Positions 20,955 to 31,802 of a stretch of DNA of 64,000 nucleotides are shown in pieces. Origin of the DNA: Minisyncoccota bacterium (GTDB lineage: Bacteria > Patescibacteriota > Minisyncoccia > Phycocordibacterales > UBA9973). The notes beneath the pieces are model-generated. The model saw nothing but the letters and a program-made list of their open reading frames with translations, was not told where the DNA came from and searched no databases. The stretch covers positions 15,088 through 79,087 of the forward strand of contig JAGOQI010000002.1 in NCBI GenBank assembly GCA_017991515.1, read 5' to 3'. A program made the translations under genes and the position numbers. Positions within the stretch are counted from its first letter, which is position 1; every line of letters begins with the position of its first letter.

Positions 20955-21008
20955 AGTACTATTTTTAGTTTATTAATGTTAACAATATAAAAATATAAAG
21001 TCAATAGT

Positions 21009-24000
21009 TTATAAAACCTTTATATTATCAATCAAAACAGATACTTTACCATCTCTATTTGTAGCTGAGCATTCCATAGCCGATACTATACCAGCAGATA
21101 TAAGAGAGCCAATTTTAGCGAAAGTTTCAGGGAAGACAACTGCTTCTATTTGTCCCGTCTTGTCCTGTATTGTTAAAAAGGCCATTTTTTTGCCACTAGA
21201 CTTTGTCATTATTATTTTTACTGTGTCTATATGAGCGACAAGTATTTCTTTTTTCTTTTGATCTCTACCAAATTTTGTAAAAGGTTTTTCTGTCTGAGCT
21301 CCTGAAATAAGCTTCTTTATAGTTGTTCCAGATCTTTTGAGTTGATCGTCGTGTACATCAAGTGGGTGACCTGAAATATACATACCCAATAGCTCTTTCT
21401 CCCAAGATAACTTTTGAGTTAGTGTTGCAGGTGTAGTTTCTTTGAGATTCAAAATACTCATAGGTTTACTGTCCAGATTATCAAAAAGAGATACGCTTTG
21501 ACTATTATTTGAAGAGATAATATTTTTATGAAATGTTAAAAGCTCTTCGATATTGCTTGCTAAAACATTTCTATCTCCAAACGAATCCATTGCTCCACAC
21601 ATAACAAGAGCCTCTAGAGATTTTTTGTTTAGATTTTTATGAGTAACCCTCTCCAAGAAGTCTTCTATGTTTTTATATTTACCTCCCGTTTTTCGCTCTG
21701 CTATTATTGCTTTTCCTATTTCTACTCCAAAGTTTTTAATATTGTTTAATCCGAAGCGGATTTTGTTGCTAACTTCTCCATCTTCAACCACCACAGTAAA
21801 ATCAGAAAAAGATTCATTAATATCTGGAGGAAGTATAGTGAAGCCCATTTTTTTGGCTTCTTCTATATATTCGCTACATGTTTCTATATCGCCACTTTCT
21901 GCAGTCATACAGGCACTCATGTATTCAGCAGGGTAGTTAGCTTTCAAATAAGCTGTTTTGTAAGCCACCATTCCATAACTTGCAGCATGGGCTTTGTTAA
22001 ATCCATAAGCTTGAAAAGGTTCAAATAGTTTCCATAACATTTCTGCAAATTCTTTGGTTTGACCATTTTCAACAATACCTTTCTGCAATTTTTCTTTTTG
22101 AGCTGCCATTTCTGCCGGGATTTTTTTACCAACTGCTTTACGAAACTTATCAGCCTCAAGCCAGTCATAACCTGCGAGTTCTATAGCACTAAAGAGAAGG
22201 TCGTCTTGATAAACAATAAGTCCATAAGACGCTTGTAAATAACTTTCCATTCTAGGATCAAGAAATGTTACCAATCTAGGATTATTTTTTCTTTTGATAT
22301 ATTCAGGGATAACATCCATCGGCCCAGGTCGATAGAGAGCCACCATGGCCATTAAGTCTTCTACTTTCGAAGGTTTTAGATCTTTGATATAAGCAGTCAT
22401 ACCGTCTCCAGCCATTTGGAAAACACCAACAGTTTCTCCACGAGATAGCATTTCAAAGACTTTTGGATCGTCCAGTGGAATGTTATCCATATCTATTTTT
22501 ATGCCACGGATTTTTTCTATTCGCTCTATTGCTCCAGAGATAAACTGTAAATTTCTTATACCAAGCATATCGAACTTTGGTAGATTTACTACACCATCTC
22601 TACCACCTGAGAACATATCGTACCCCGTAATTATTTTATTTTCACCTTTTGGATCATATTGGATAGGTGTGAATTCTGTAATGTCAGGAGTAGGGGAAAT
22701 AACAACACCAGCAGCATGGATAGATATATGTCTAACATTTCCTTCTATCTTTTTTGCTAAGTCTATAACTTCTTTTGTAGGTCGATCTTCTTCGTATAAC
22801 TTTTTTAGATCAGGTTCTATCTCAAGAGCGTGCTCTATGGTCATAGGAAAGCCCTGGCTGCCCATAGGGATAAGTTTGGCCGCAATGTCTCCAACTGAGT
22901 AAGGATATCCTAATGCTCTGGCTACATCTCTCACAGAGCCACGAGCAGCCATAGTTCCAAAAGTACAAATTTGGGCCACAGCCTTTTCTCCGTATTTTTG
23001 TTTGGCATAATTTATCAAATCATCTCGTCTATCATCAGCAATATCCAAATCAATATCAGGAATACCAGGACGAAGTGGGTTTAAAAATCTTTCAAAAGGA
23101 AGTTTGTATTTGAGAGGGTCAACAGTTGTAATACCACACAGGTATGAGACTAGAGAGCCAGCAGCCGATCCTCGAGTATTTGTATAAATACCCATTTCTC
23201 GAGCAGCTCGCACCAAATCAGCCACAACCAAAAAGTATGAAGGAAAACCTTTATTTTTTATAATTTCAAGTTCAAATTCTATTCGCTCTAGAGCTTCAGA
23301 TGTTTTTTCATAAGACATTTTTTTAATTCCATCTTCTACAGCCTTGCGTAGCTCATCATCATAATTTGCTCCTTCTGGTATAGGGTAAGTAGGGAACTTC
23401 CATGGTTCAAGTTCTATATCTATATCCACAAGTTCAGCAACCTTCAATGTGTTTTCAATCGCTTCTGGTATATTGGCAAAAATTTCTCTAGCTTTGTCGC
23501 CATCTATAAAAGAATAATTTCCTCCAAACTTAAAGTTTTGATTGTTAGTGTTGATAGCCAGTAATGTGTTATGAGCTTCTTTATCATCTTCATTTAAATA
23601 ATGAGAATCCCAAGTTCCGACTATTGGCAAATCTACTTCTTTGGCAATCTCTATAATAGTAGGGATGAGCGGTATATACCAATCAACTTCTTCATGCACC
23701 ATTATTTCTACAAAGACATACTCCTTACCAAACATTTTTATATATCTTTGTAACAATGCTTTTGCCTCATCTTTATTTCCATTTTTTAGATGATTTATAA
23801 ATTGGCTCCCTGGACAACCTGATAAGCATATAAGACCATCAGAGTGCTCTGTTATCAGATCAAGGTCCATTCGAGGTTTATAATAAAATCCTTCAAGATT
23901 ACTTTTACTAACCAGTTTCATTAAGTTTTTGTAGCCGGCATTGTTGCGAGCTAAAAGAGTGAGGTGATATCTTTTATTATCGAGTCCTGCTTCCTTGTCA

Positions 24001-24224
24001 TGCATACTTCTTTGGGCGATATAAGCCTCAACTCCAATGATAGGTTTGATGTCATTTTTCTTGCACTCATTATAAAACTCAATAGCACCATAAAGTACGC
24101 CGTGGTCAGTCAATGCCAATGCAGGCATGCCCAGCTCTTTGGCTCTTTTTACCAAATCTTTAACCTTGGACATGCCATCTAGTAGGGAATAATGGCTATG
24201 TGTGTGGAGGTGGACGAAACTCAT
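21009..24224 (-). CDS. dnaE: DNA polymerase III alpha subunit
   Basis: N-terminal PHP domain VHLHTHSHYSLLDG, polymerase core, C-terminal OB fold; start trimmed to MSFVHLHTHS. Confidence 0.9.
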   Translation of the reverse strand: MSFVHLHTHSHYSLLDGMSKVKDLVKRAKELGMPALALTDHGVLYGAIEFYNECKKNDIKPIIGVEAYIAQRSMHDKEAGLDNKRYHLTLLARNNAGYKNLMKLVSKSNLEGFYYKPRMDLDLITEHSDGLICLSGCPGSQFINHLKNGNKDEAKALLQRYIKMFGKEYVFVEIMVHEEVDWYIPLIPTIIEIAKEVDLPIVGTWDSHYLNEDDKEAHNTLLAINTNNQNFKFGGNYSFIDGDKAREIFANIPEAIENTLKVAELVDIDIELEPWKFPTYPIPEGANYDDELRKAVEDGIKKMSYEKTSEALERIEFELEIIKNKGFPSYFLVVADLVRAAREMGIYTNTRGSAAGSLVSYLCGITTVDPLKYKLPFERFLNPLRPGIPDIDLDIADDRRDDLINYAKQKYGEKAVAQICTFGTMAARGSVRDVARALGYPYSVGDIAAKLIPMGSQGFPMTIEHALEIEPDLKKLYEEDRPTKEVIDLAKKIEGNVRHISIHAAGVVISPTPDITEFTPIQYDPKGENKIITGYDMFSGGRDGVVNLPKFDMLGIRNLQFISGAIERIEKIRGIKIDMDNIPLDDPKVFEMLSRGETVGVFQMAGDGMTAYIKDLKPSKVEDLMAMVALYRPGPMDVIPEYIKRKNNPRLVTFLDPRMESYLQASYGLIVYQDDLLFSAIELAGYDWLEADKFRKAVGKKIPAEMAAQKEKLQKGIVENGQTKEFAEMLWKLFEPFQAYGFNKAHAASYGMVAYKTAYLKANYPAEYMSACMTAESGDIETCSEYIEEAKKMGFTILPPDINESFSDFTVVVEDGEVSNKIRFGLNNIKNFGVEIGKAIIAERKTGGKYKNIEDFLERVTHKNLNKKSLEALVMCGAMDSFGDRNVLASNIEELLTFHKNIISSNNSQSVSLFDNLDSKPMSILNLKETTPATLTQKLSWEKELLGMYISGHPLDVHDDQLKRSGTTIKKLISGAQTEKPFTKFGRDQKKKEILVAHIDTVKIIMTKSSGKKMAFLTIQDKTGQIEAVVFPETFAKIGSLISAGIVSAMECSATNRDGKVSVLIDNIKVL

Positions 24225-24568
24225 AAAGAGGATTATACCAAGGTATAAAAATAACTGACACTTGACAGGAAATCTCAAAGGAGTAGGATTATTATAAATA
24301 TTTCAGAAGAAGAAAAAAAGGGTTGGAACATCTTAACTCCTCCAAAAATCTCTTAAGTGTCGGCTGTTGAAAAATATCCTAAAAACACAAAAGAGTCATT
24401 GGATTAAGCTTTTAGACAGACTCTGACAATCTCTTCTTTTTGAGAGGGTTTTAATTTGATGACCAGATATCTTTAACCAAACTACTCTATAGGAGTACAT
24501 AAACTGAAGATAGTGGTCTTAGTCCTGAAAACGACCAAAAAAACAATTGTGAAGCAAGATTTTGAGCA

Positions 24569-24603
24569 GACCCCGTTAGTACATCTAGCGGGGTTTATTT
24601 TGT
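24569..24603 (+). terminator. intrinsic terminator at the end of a 330-nt non-coding interval
   Basis: GACCCCGTTAGTACATCTAGCGGGGTTTATTTT. Confidence 0.5.
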
Positions 24604-24615
24604 TATGATACCTTT

Positions 24616-25200
24616 ATGAAATACATCATCGGTATAGACGAAGTCGGACGAGGTCCTATTGCTGGGCCAGTGGCGGTTTGTGTTTGTGCTATACCAAAAA
24701 CTTTTTATAAAAAACAAGATTGGCGAGGTTTGACTGATTCAAAGAAAATGACCGCCAAGTCTAGGGAACTTTGGTATCAGAAAGCAAGAGATTTAAAGAA
24801 AAAAGGCTTGATAAATTATTCTGTAATTTACAGAAGTAATATTTTTATAGATAAAAAGGGTATAAGCATTGCTATCAAAGAGTGTATAAATGAAGGTTTA
24901 GAAAAATTAAATTTAAATCCCAAAGATTGTGAAGTTCTTCTTGATGGGTCATTAAAAGCTCCACTAGAATATAAAAATCAAAAGACTTTTATAAAAGGGG
25001 ACCAGAGCCAGAAGATTATTTCTTTAGCTTCAGTTGTTGCCAAAGTCTCTAGAGATAAAAAAATGGAGCTTTTACACAAAAAATATCCTAAATATAACTG
25101 GGTTCAAAATAAGGGCTATGGAACAAAAGATCATTATAAAGCCATAAAAAAATACAAAATAACGAATTTACATAGAAAAACCTTCTTGACCTCCTACTAA
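24616..25200 (+). CDS. rnhB: ribonuclease HII
   Basis: GIDEVGRGPIAGPVAVCVCAI matches the RNase HII active-site region. Confidence 0.85.
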   Translation: MKYIIGIDEVGRGPIAGPVAVCVCAIPKTFYKKQDWRGLTDSKKMTAKSRELWYQKARDLKKKGLINYSVIYRSNIFIDKKGISIAIKECINEGLEKLNLNPKDCEVLLDGSLKAPLEYKNQKTFIKGDQSQKIISLASVVAKVSRDKKMELLHKKYPKYNWVQNKGYGTKDHYKAIKKYKITNLHRKTFLTSY

Positions 25201-25266
25201 ATGAGTGGGGAGGCTTGACAAATATATAAATATTTGTAGTATCATAGACAAACAAAACAATTTAAA

Positions 25267-25707
25267 ATGAAAAAGATATTAATTTTGATGTGTGTTATTA
25301 TTTTTACCTTATCAGCTCAATCCCAAGTCTTTGGTTCTAAGACAAGACAAAAGGTTTCGGCTGTAACAGGTTTACTAACCCTGCACCCTGATTCCGTCAC
25401 AATAAAAGGAAGTGACGGAAAGTTGTATTACTTCTTTTTAGATGTTAAGAATGAGTGTTTGTTAATAACAAATAACTCTGACATCTATAAATCATTTTCT
25501 GAGTTTCTACCAAAGCAAGAAATTTCGGGTAGACAAATAGAAATTGAAGCAACTCCAATTTCTCCATTTACTCTTTTTTCGAAATCTCAACTAAAAGCCG
25601 AAGGAAGGAAACTTGGTTTGAAATTAAATAAATATAAATTATGTAAAATATTTAATTATTCTCTTAAAAATGGTTCTATCATACAGTACAAACCATCAGG
25701 TTATTGA
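25267..25707 (+). CDS. secreted hypothetical protein
   Basis: Signal peptide MKKILILMCVIIFTLSAQS; terminator downstream. Confidence 0.5.
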   Translation: MKKILILMCVIIFTLSAQSQVFGSKTRQKVSAVTGLLTLHPDSVTIKGSDGKLYYFFLDVKNECLLITNNSDIYKSFSEFLPKQEISGRQIEIEATPISPFTLFSKSQLKAEGRKLGLKLNKYKLCKIFNYSLKNGSIIQYKPSGY

Positions 25708-25745
25708 TTTTCTGTGTTCATTGTTTTGATTGTTACCCTCCGTTT

Positions 25746-25771
25746 CTATGGAGGGTTTTTATATTCTAAAA
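25746..25771 (+). terminator. rho-independent terminator
   Basis: ACCCTCCGTTTCTATGGAGGGTTTTT. Confidence 0.7.
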
Positions 25772-25787
25772 ATTAAGACATTAACAA

Positions 25788-26477
25788 CTAATCCCATAAA
25801 AGCTTGTATGCACAGACTATAGAAGCAGTCTCAGCTCGCAGCACTGTTTCGCCTAGGCTATAGCTAGCTATTTCGTACTCTTTGAAGAGGTTTATATCAT
25901 TTTCACTCCAGCCACCTTCAGGTCCAATATAAAAAGCCAAATCATTTTCACTCTGTTTTTCAAATTTTGGACTTTCCATGTTAAAGTAAACACTTTTTAA
26001 CCCTTTTGTTCTCTCTAGGGCTTCTTTTAAAGAAATAGGTTCTTCTATATATACAATATTTGAACCTCCACTTTGCTCCAGCGCTTCATCGCTTATTTTC
26101 TGCAAGCGGTCCGTTTTTAGAGACTGTTTTATAGTCCTGTCTGATATTATCGGCAAGATAGTTTTGACTCCCAACTCTGTTAACTTTTGTACTACCAGTT
26201 CAAAAGTGTCTCTTTTTGTAATACTTATACAAGCAGTTATATTTTTCAGTATTTCTTTTTTAGGAATTATAGATTCAACTTTTAAGCTTATTTTGTCTTT
26301 AGATATTTCTTTTATAGTAGAAAGATGATCATCTCCTTTGTCATTAAATAAAATACACTGTTCTTCTTTGTTTAGTTTAAGAACATTTTTTATCAGATGA
26401 ATCAAATCTTTGTCTTCAATAAAAATATCTGTACCAGAGATAGGAGTTTTTACTAAAAATCGGTGGACTTTTTTCAT
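25788..26477 (-). CDS. rsmE: 16S rRNA (uracil-N3)-methyltransferase RsmE family
   Basis: HRFLV N-terminus, IGPEGGWSENDI and LGETVLRAETASIV motifs; start trimmed to the internal Met. Confidence 0.75.
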   Translation of the reverse strand: MKKVHRFLVKTPISGTDIFIEDKDLIHLIKNVLKLNKEEQCILFNDKGDDHLSTIKEISKDKISLKVESIIPKKEILKNITACISITKRDTFELVVQKLTELGVKTILPIISDRTIKQSLKTDRLQKISDEALEQSGGSNIVYIEEPISLKEALERTKGLKSVYFNMESPKFEKQSENDLAFYIGPEGGWSENDINLFKEYEIASYSLGETVLRAETASIVCAYKLLWD

Positions 26478-26605
26478 ATTATTGGCTTCATTATGCCACA
26501 CAAAACCAGCGGACAAAAACATTGACATACTCTGTCAGAAGTTTATAGTTAAAGTATCTCTTGTTAGAGGGAGTAGAGTTATTAGTCTTAAACAGTATAT
26601 ATATT

Positions 26606-29600
26606 ATGAATATTCTTATTTCAACAAATAAGTCTCAAAAGGCGTTAAAAGCGTTCTTTTCAGGCTTTCTAATTTTTAGTTTCATTTTTGCACAAGTAGC
26701 AATGCCACTTTCTGTAGCATACGCTCAGTCAGCAGACGATACTCCTGCAGTTGAAAAAACTGAAGCAGTAATTCCTGCAAGTCCTGAACCTGAAGTTCAG
26801 AAAGTAGTAGAAGATGAAGGATCTGAAGATGAACAAGCAAAAGCGCCGCAACAAGTTTCTCTTATTCAATCGACGGCTACTGTAATTGCTACAAAAGTAG
26901 TTTGTGCTAGTGAAGCCGATCTTCCAAACTGGGGAGCAGGCGGAGCAAACATTACAAGTACTACTGCTTCAGATTATGTGTTAGAACACCCGTCTTGTCA
27001 TACCACTGATTGGACATTTGAATGGGCTTCGTCTTCTACTCCTAATCCAGGAGACAACCAAACACTAGGTGGCGCCGGTTGGACACCTTTTCTAAACAGT
27101 ACTCCTGTACCTGTACCAACAAATCCCTCTTATGTCTGGGTTCGTGAACAACTACCAGATACTTATATACCATTCTCAGGTGACATAACAGATCCTCGCG
27201 ATCAAAATGTTTCTGCTGAATTATATTGTAATACTGATGTTTTAAACTACGACAACTATGACCGAGTAGACAATATGGCTACTGATGGGATTTATCATTG
27301 TGTAGGTTTTAACGTACAAAAAGAAAAGCCCCTTCAATGTAATCCAGAAGTAAATTTGATACAAAACGGTGATTTTGAAGCACCAGTTCTATCCAGTGGT
27401 ACATGGAGTATTATTCCAAGTTCAAACTCTCTATTAAAATGGATGGTTGACTGGATTCTCCCAATACCACTCTCTGGTATTTTAGGTCTAGAAATTCAAA
27501 ACAATGTAGCAGGTGCCCCAGCAGGAGGTAACCAACATGCAGAACTAGATGGAGACCATCCTGTAACTATCTGGCAAGATATACCTACTATCGCTGGCAA
27601 ACAATACTCTCTAACATTTAAATATTCTCCTCGACCAGGACGAGATGCAGCTGACAATTCTATTCAACCAAAAATAGATGGAGTTGTTCTAGGTGCCGCT
27701 ATCAGTGTTGATGGAACCGCAAATACAAATACTGCGTGGCAGACCATAACTCGTACATTCATGGGTACTGGCTCACCTGTAAAAGTAGAACTTGCAGATG
27801 CAGGTACCGATACTAGTTATGGTGGTTATCTTGACGATGTAGCAGTAAATTGTAATCCAGAACCGATTTTGCAATGTGACGCTAATGCTTCAAGTACTAT
27901 TGTTAGTGACTCTTCTACTCAAGTGGACAGTCATGGCGCATTAGCACTTTCATATATCCATCCAGGATGGACAGCAAATATTCCTGGTGCTACTTGGATT
28001 TGGGCAACCGATCCAGTTGAATCTCCGACAAACGATGCAGACCTTACAAAAGTTTTCACAAAGACATTTTCTATTGTTGGAACTCCAACATCTGGCAATC
28101 TAGAAGTAGCTGCTGATAATAGTTATACAGTTAAAGTTAATGGTACATCTGTACCTGTAGTGTTCGCAGAAAATAACTTTCAAACAGGAACTCAGGATTC
28201 TTATGATGTAAGCTCTTTACTTATAAGCGGTATTAACACTCTTGAAATATCAGTTACAAACTGGGAAATAAATCAAGACGCAAATCCAGCAGTAAATCCT
28301 GCAGGACTACTTTACAAACTTTCTATTTCAAATGATGAATGTATTACTCCGCCTCCAACACCAAGTACTTCAACTGTAACAATGTGTAAGACAGATGACG
28401 CACAACCAGCAAAACCTCTTTCTGGATGGCAACTTATGCTCTCTGGAGCAAGTGTTGGATCTGTTGATGTTTTACCAAATGGAAGTGACTTCAAGATCTT
28501 GGGAGTACCAGCAGGAAACTATCTTCTAAAGGCTACTGGTCAATACACATATAGAGGTACAGCCGGAGCTGAATACTCTGATGCTGCTTATTCAAAACGA
28601 GATGCAGGAGATGCTGTATACCAAAGTGCTGCTCTTGACCCAATACAATCTCCATTCTTGCCATGGGTAAGAGAAAATAATTTCCCAAATCCAAACACTG
28701 GATGGCTTGGTGTGAAATACAACAATGCTTTTACTGATTGGGGTTCAATGTTTAATCCAACTCATAAATATGCCCTAGGAACAACAACTGCATCTTTAGG
28801 AGATATGTCATTTAAAATCTTAGATGACATATATGGAGATAACTCAGGACATATCACTATCAATGCCAATAAGGGTTACTCTGGTATCACAGAACAAAAT
28901 GGATGTGTTACTTTCACTGATGTTCCTTATGGTGCATATAATGTTGAGGAAATGTTACAAGACGGCTGGACTAATGTTTCAGGTCTTATGTCAGTAATGG
29001 TTGATGAACCTACTGAAACATTTACTGTAGTAAATCATGATGATTCTGTACAAGTAGAACCTACTGGCTCTATCGAAATCACAAAATACACTTGTCCTGC
29101 AAACTTTGTTCCAAATAGAACAAACAATGGTGTAGGTAGCACTGCGCCAGACGGATGTGTTCTTACATCAGATGTAGAATTTGGATATGTTCACGGTGTT
29201 CAGACAGATGCAAACAGTCCTTATCCAGAGCTTGATGCAACACTTACTTCAGGTGGAGTAACAGGTGTTGATGGCAAACTAACTATTGGTCCAGTATCTT
29301 CTGATGGAAGATATTTGATAAAAGAAACTGATCCAACAAACTTGGCTGGTCTTTATTGTGAAGGAGATGGTGACACAAATCCAAACAACAACGATAACCA
29401 AGAATTAACATTTGTTACTGCAGGAGTAACTACTCACTGTGTTGCTTATAACAAAACAACAGGCGGTGGCGGTGGAGATGAAGAAACAAATACTTCACAT
29501 ACAACTGTTGTTAAAGCAGGGGATCTTGATACAGAAACAAATAGATTTGTTGCAGCTGTTAATAATTCTGGAAAATGGTTCTTCTACAATGATGAGAATG

Positions 29601-30691
29601 ATACTATAAATAATACTCTTGGTTCATTTGTGGCAGGTCCAGATACTGCTCCAGAAGGAAACGGTAGTGCTCAAATGTCAGTTAGTGGAACAGAGAGAAA
29701 GAATATTGCGACTTATCAATTCAAAGATGTAAAACTCTCTGATATCAAATCTCTTTCTTTCTCAACATATTCTCAATTAGCAGGAGATGGTCAAAATGGT
29801 CTTTCAGAAAGAGCTCCTTACTTGCACTTCAATGTTGATTTCTTAAATAATGACACATGGCAAAGAAGATTAGTTTATGTTCCAGGTGTTAATGGTGTAG
29901 TTACACCAGACTCTTGGCAGTCATGGGATGCTATAGATAGCGGAAATGCTTTATGGCTTTATTCAGGTGCTACATGGCCTACAACAGTAACTCCTGGAAC
30001 AACTCCAAAGACATGGAATCAAATCCTAGCTCTTTATCCAAATGCAGAAACTCGTTCAACAGATTCATGGTTTGGATTTAGAGTTGGAGAGCCTTACGCA
30101 AATGGATTTACTGGTAATGTAGATAAGTTTGTTATTGGTATCAAAACAGGTCTTAACACTCACACAGAAACTTATGACTTCGAACCAACAGCACAAACAC
30201 CTTTAGTGTGTGATGCAGGTTTTCATGTAGAAGGAGAAAACTGTGTTCCTGATCCTACTATCAACTCTGGAGGTGGAGGTGGTGGTGGTGGAGGAGGTGG
30301 CTCAGCTCCACTAGCCAAGAGCATATCAGCTCCTTCAGGCGGACAAGTTCTCGGAGCTTCTACTTCTTGTGGAATCTATCTAAATGATTATCTAAAGTTT
30401 GGACAAAAGAATAATGCAGAAGAGGTTATGAAACTTCAAACATTCTTAAATGACTATTTAGCTCTTAATCCAAAACTAAAAGTAGACGGCAAGTTCGGAT
30501 TGAATACTTTCAGAGCAGTAATAAAGTTTCAACAAATGGAATCTCTATTTGTTCTACAACCTTGGGTTGGAATAACTCTCAAGAATGATGACAAGGGGAC
30601 TGGTTGGGTATACAAAACTACACGTACTCGGATAAACAATATTATGTGTCCTGAGTTAAATCTAAGTATTCCGCCTCTAGTAATAAACTAA
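26606..30691 (+). CDS. giant secreted cell-surface protein with Cna-B/prealbumin-like repeats, poly-Gly linkers and a C-terminal peptidoglycan-binding domain
   Basis: Signal peptide from the internal Met; repeated segments of the type GCVTFTDVPYGAYNVEEMLQDGWT; G5 and G12 linkers; C-terminal VMKLQTFLNDYL...VDGKFGLNTFRAVIKFQ resembles the PG_binding_1 domain. Confidence 0.75.
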   Translation: MNILISTNKSQKALKAFFSGFLIFSFIFAQVAMPLSVAYAQSADDTPAVEKTEAVIPASPEPEVQKVVEDEGSEDEQAKAPQQVSLIQSTATVIATKVVCASEADLPNWGAGGANITSTTASDYVLEHPSCHTTDWTFEWASSSTPNPGDNQTLGGAGWTPFLNSTPVPVPTNPSYVWVREQLPDTYIPFSGDITDPRDQNVSAELYCNTDVLNYDNYDRVDNMATDGIYHCVGFNVQKEKPLQCNPEVNLIQNGDFEAPVLSSGTWSIIPSSNSLLKWMVDWILPIPLSGILGLEIQNNVAGAPAGGNQHAELDGDHPVTIWQDIPTIAGKQYSLTFKYSPRPGRDAADNSIQPKIDGVVLGAAISVDGTANTNTAWQTITRTFMGTGSPVKVELADAGTDTSYGGYLDDVAVNCNPEPILQCDANASSTIVSDSSTQVDSHGALALSYIHPGWTANIPGATWIWATDPVESPTNDADLTKVFTKTFSIVGTPTSGNLEVAADNSYTVKVNGTSVPVVFAENNFQTGTQDSYDVSSLLISGINTLEISVTNWEINQDANPAVNPAGLLYKLSISNDECITPPPTPSTSTVTMCKTDDAQPAKPLSGWQLMLSGASVGSVDVLPNGSDFKILGVPAGNYLLKATGQYTYRGTAGAEYSDAAYSKRDAGDAVYQSAALDPIQSPFLPWVRENNFPNPNTGWLGVKYNNAFTDWGSMFNPTHKYALGTTTASLGDMSFKILDDIYGDNSGHITINANKGYSGITEQNGCVTFTDVPYGAYNVEEMLQDGWTNVSGLMSVMVDEPTETFTVVNHDDSVQVEPTGSIEITKYTCPANFVPNRTNNGVGSTAPDGCVLTSDVEFGYVHGVQTDANSPYPELDATLTSGGVTGVDGKLTIGPVSSDGRYLIKETDPTNLAGLYCEGDGDTNPNNNDNQELTFVTAGVTTHCVAYNKTTGGGGGDEETNTSHTTVVKAGDLDTETNRFVAAVNNSGKWFFYNDENDTINNTLGSFVAGPDTAPEGNGSAQMSVSGTERKNIATYQFKDVKLSDIKSLSFSTYSQLAGDGQNGLSERAPYLHFNVDFLNNDTWQRRLVYVPGVNGVVTPDSWQSWDAIDSGNALWLYSGATWPTTVTPGTTPKTWNQILALYPNAETRSTDSWFGFRVGEPYANGFTGNVDKFVIGIKTGLNTHTETYDFEPTAQTPLVCDAGFHVEGENCVPDPTINSGGGGGGGGGGGSAPLAKSISAPSGGQVLGASTSCGIYLNDYLKFGQKNNAEEVMKLQTFLNDYLALNPKLKVDGKFGLNTFRAVIKFQQMESLFVLQPWVGITLKNDDKGTGWVYKTTRTRINNIMCPELNLSIPPLVIN

Positions 30692-30757
30692 ATTTAAAAT
30701 TAACAATGCCTCACGAAAGTGGGGTATTGTTTTGTTTGAGATATTCTGTTAAACTTT

Positions 30758-31789
30758 ATGCAACATATGATTAAGCATGTCAAAAAGTACTTAATAGCCC
30801 ACGAAGGCAACAGTTATAAACCTCATTTGCTTCGAGAGAAGAGCCTGACTGCTATAGCGGTCCTGATATTTGTGCTTTTTTGTACATCTTTAGGGAGCTC
30901 ATATTTGATAAATAAGACAGATTTTGGGGCAGCGGTTTTACCTGCTGTTTTGGTTGATTTGACCAACGAACATCGTCTTGCCAACAATGGTAAGGCTTTG
31001 GCTATTAATACAACTCTTGAAAAAGCAGCTTCGATGAAAGCCAAAGACATGGCAGAGAATCAATACTTTGCTCACACTAGTCCGACAGGAGTAACACCAT
31101 GGTATTGGTTTTCAAAAGCAGGGTATAAATTTGTTTATGCAGGGGAGAACCTAGCTATCAACTTCACAGAATCTCTTGATGTTGAGAGAGCTTGGATTGC
31201 TTCACCGACCCATCAAGCGAACTTAATAAGTGAGAAATTTGATGAAACTGGTATTGCTACCTATCAAGGAACATACCAAGGAAAACCGACTATTTTCGTT
31301 GTTCAGCTCTTTGGAAAGAGCGCTAAACCTCGTCCTGTGACTACTGTCACCAAAGAGGTCCAAAGTCCCGTCTCAGAGCCCGAGAAGCTCGCACAGGAGG
31401 ATACAAAAGCCCCAGAGGTTAAAGGTGAAAGTGTGGCTATTGTCGAGCAAGCTTCGGTAGATCCTGAAGAACCAGCTCCTGTACTACTGGTACAAGAACC
31501 TACATTTTCTGTAGCTCAAAATTTGAACGAAACAGAACCAGAACAAGAGGCTAGTTTTACTGCTCCAAAATATTCTACTTTAGCTGAAAGACTTTTAGTT
31601 AATCAAGCAAAATATGTTCAATATGTTTACTTAGGACTTATCATTCTTATTTACTTTGTTCTTATCGGAATGATAGTTACAGAATTTAAAATTCAACACG
31701 TAAAAAATATATCTTTAGCTGTTTTACTTTTATGTTTGCTTGGAGCTTTGGCCTATATAAATAGCAGTTTCGTTTTGTCATTTGTATAA
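30758..31789 (+). CDS. membrane-anchored CAP / SCP (YkwD-like) domain protein
   Basis: LTNEHRLANNGKAL...FAHTSPTG...AGENLAINF...WIASPTHQANLIS is the CAP-domain motif set; C-terminal transmembrane helix. Confidence 0.7.
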   Translation: MQHMIKHVKKYLIAHEGNSYKPHLLREKSLTAIAVLIFVLFCTSLGSSYLINKTDFGAAVLPAVLVDLTNEHRLANNGKALAINTTLEKAASMKAKDMAENQYFAHTSPTGVTPWYWFSKAGYKFVYAGENLAINFTESLDVERAWIASPTHQANLISEKFDETGIATYQGTYQGKPTIFVVQLFGKSAKPRPVTTVTKEVQSPVSEPEKLAQEDTKAPEVKGESVAIVEQASVDPEEPAPVLLVQEPTFSVAQNLNETEPEQEASFTAPKYSTLAERLLVNQAKYVQYVYLGLIILIYFVLIGMIVTEFKIQHVKNISLAVLLLCLLGALAYINSSFVLSFV

Positions 31790-31802
31790 AAAGAGCGCAC
31801 AC

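Noticed and set aside
29459-30300. GGC/GGT/GGA repeats as a possible microsatellite or CRISPR-like repeat
   Set aside because: They are in-frame poly-glycine linkers (G5 and G12) inside the giant surface protein. No spacer-repeat periodicity; no CRISPR array anywhere in the window.
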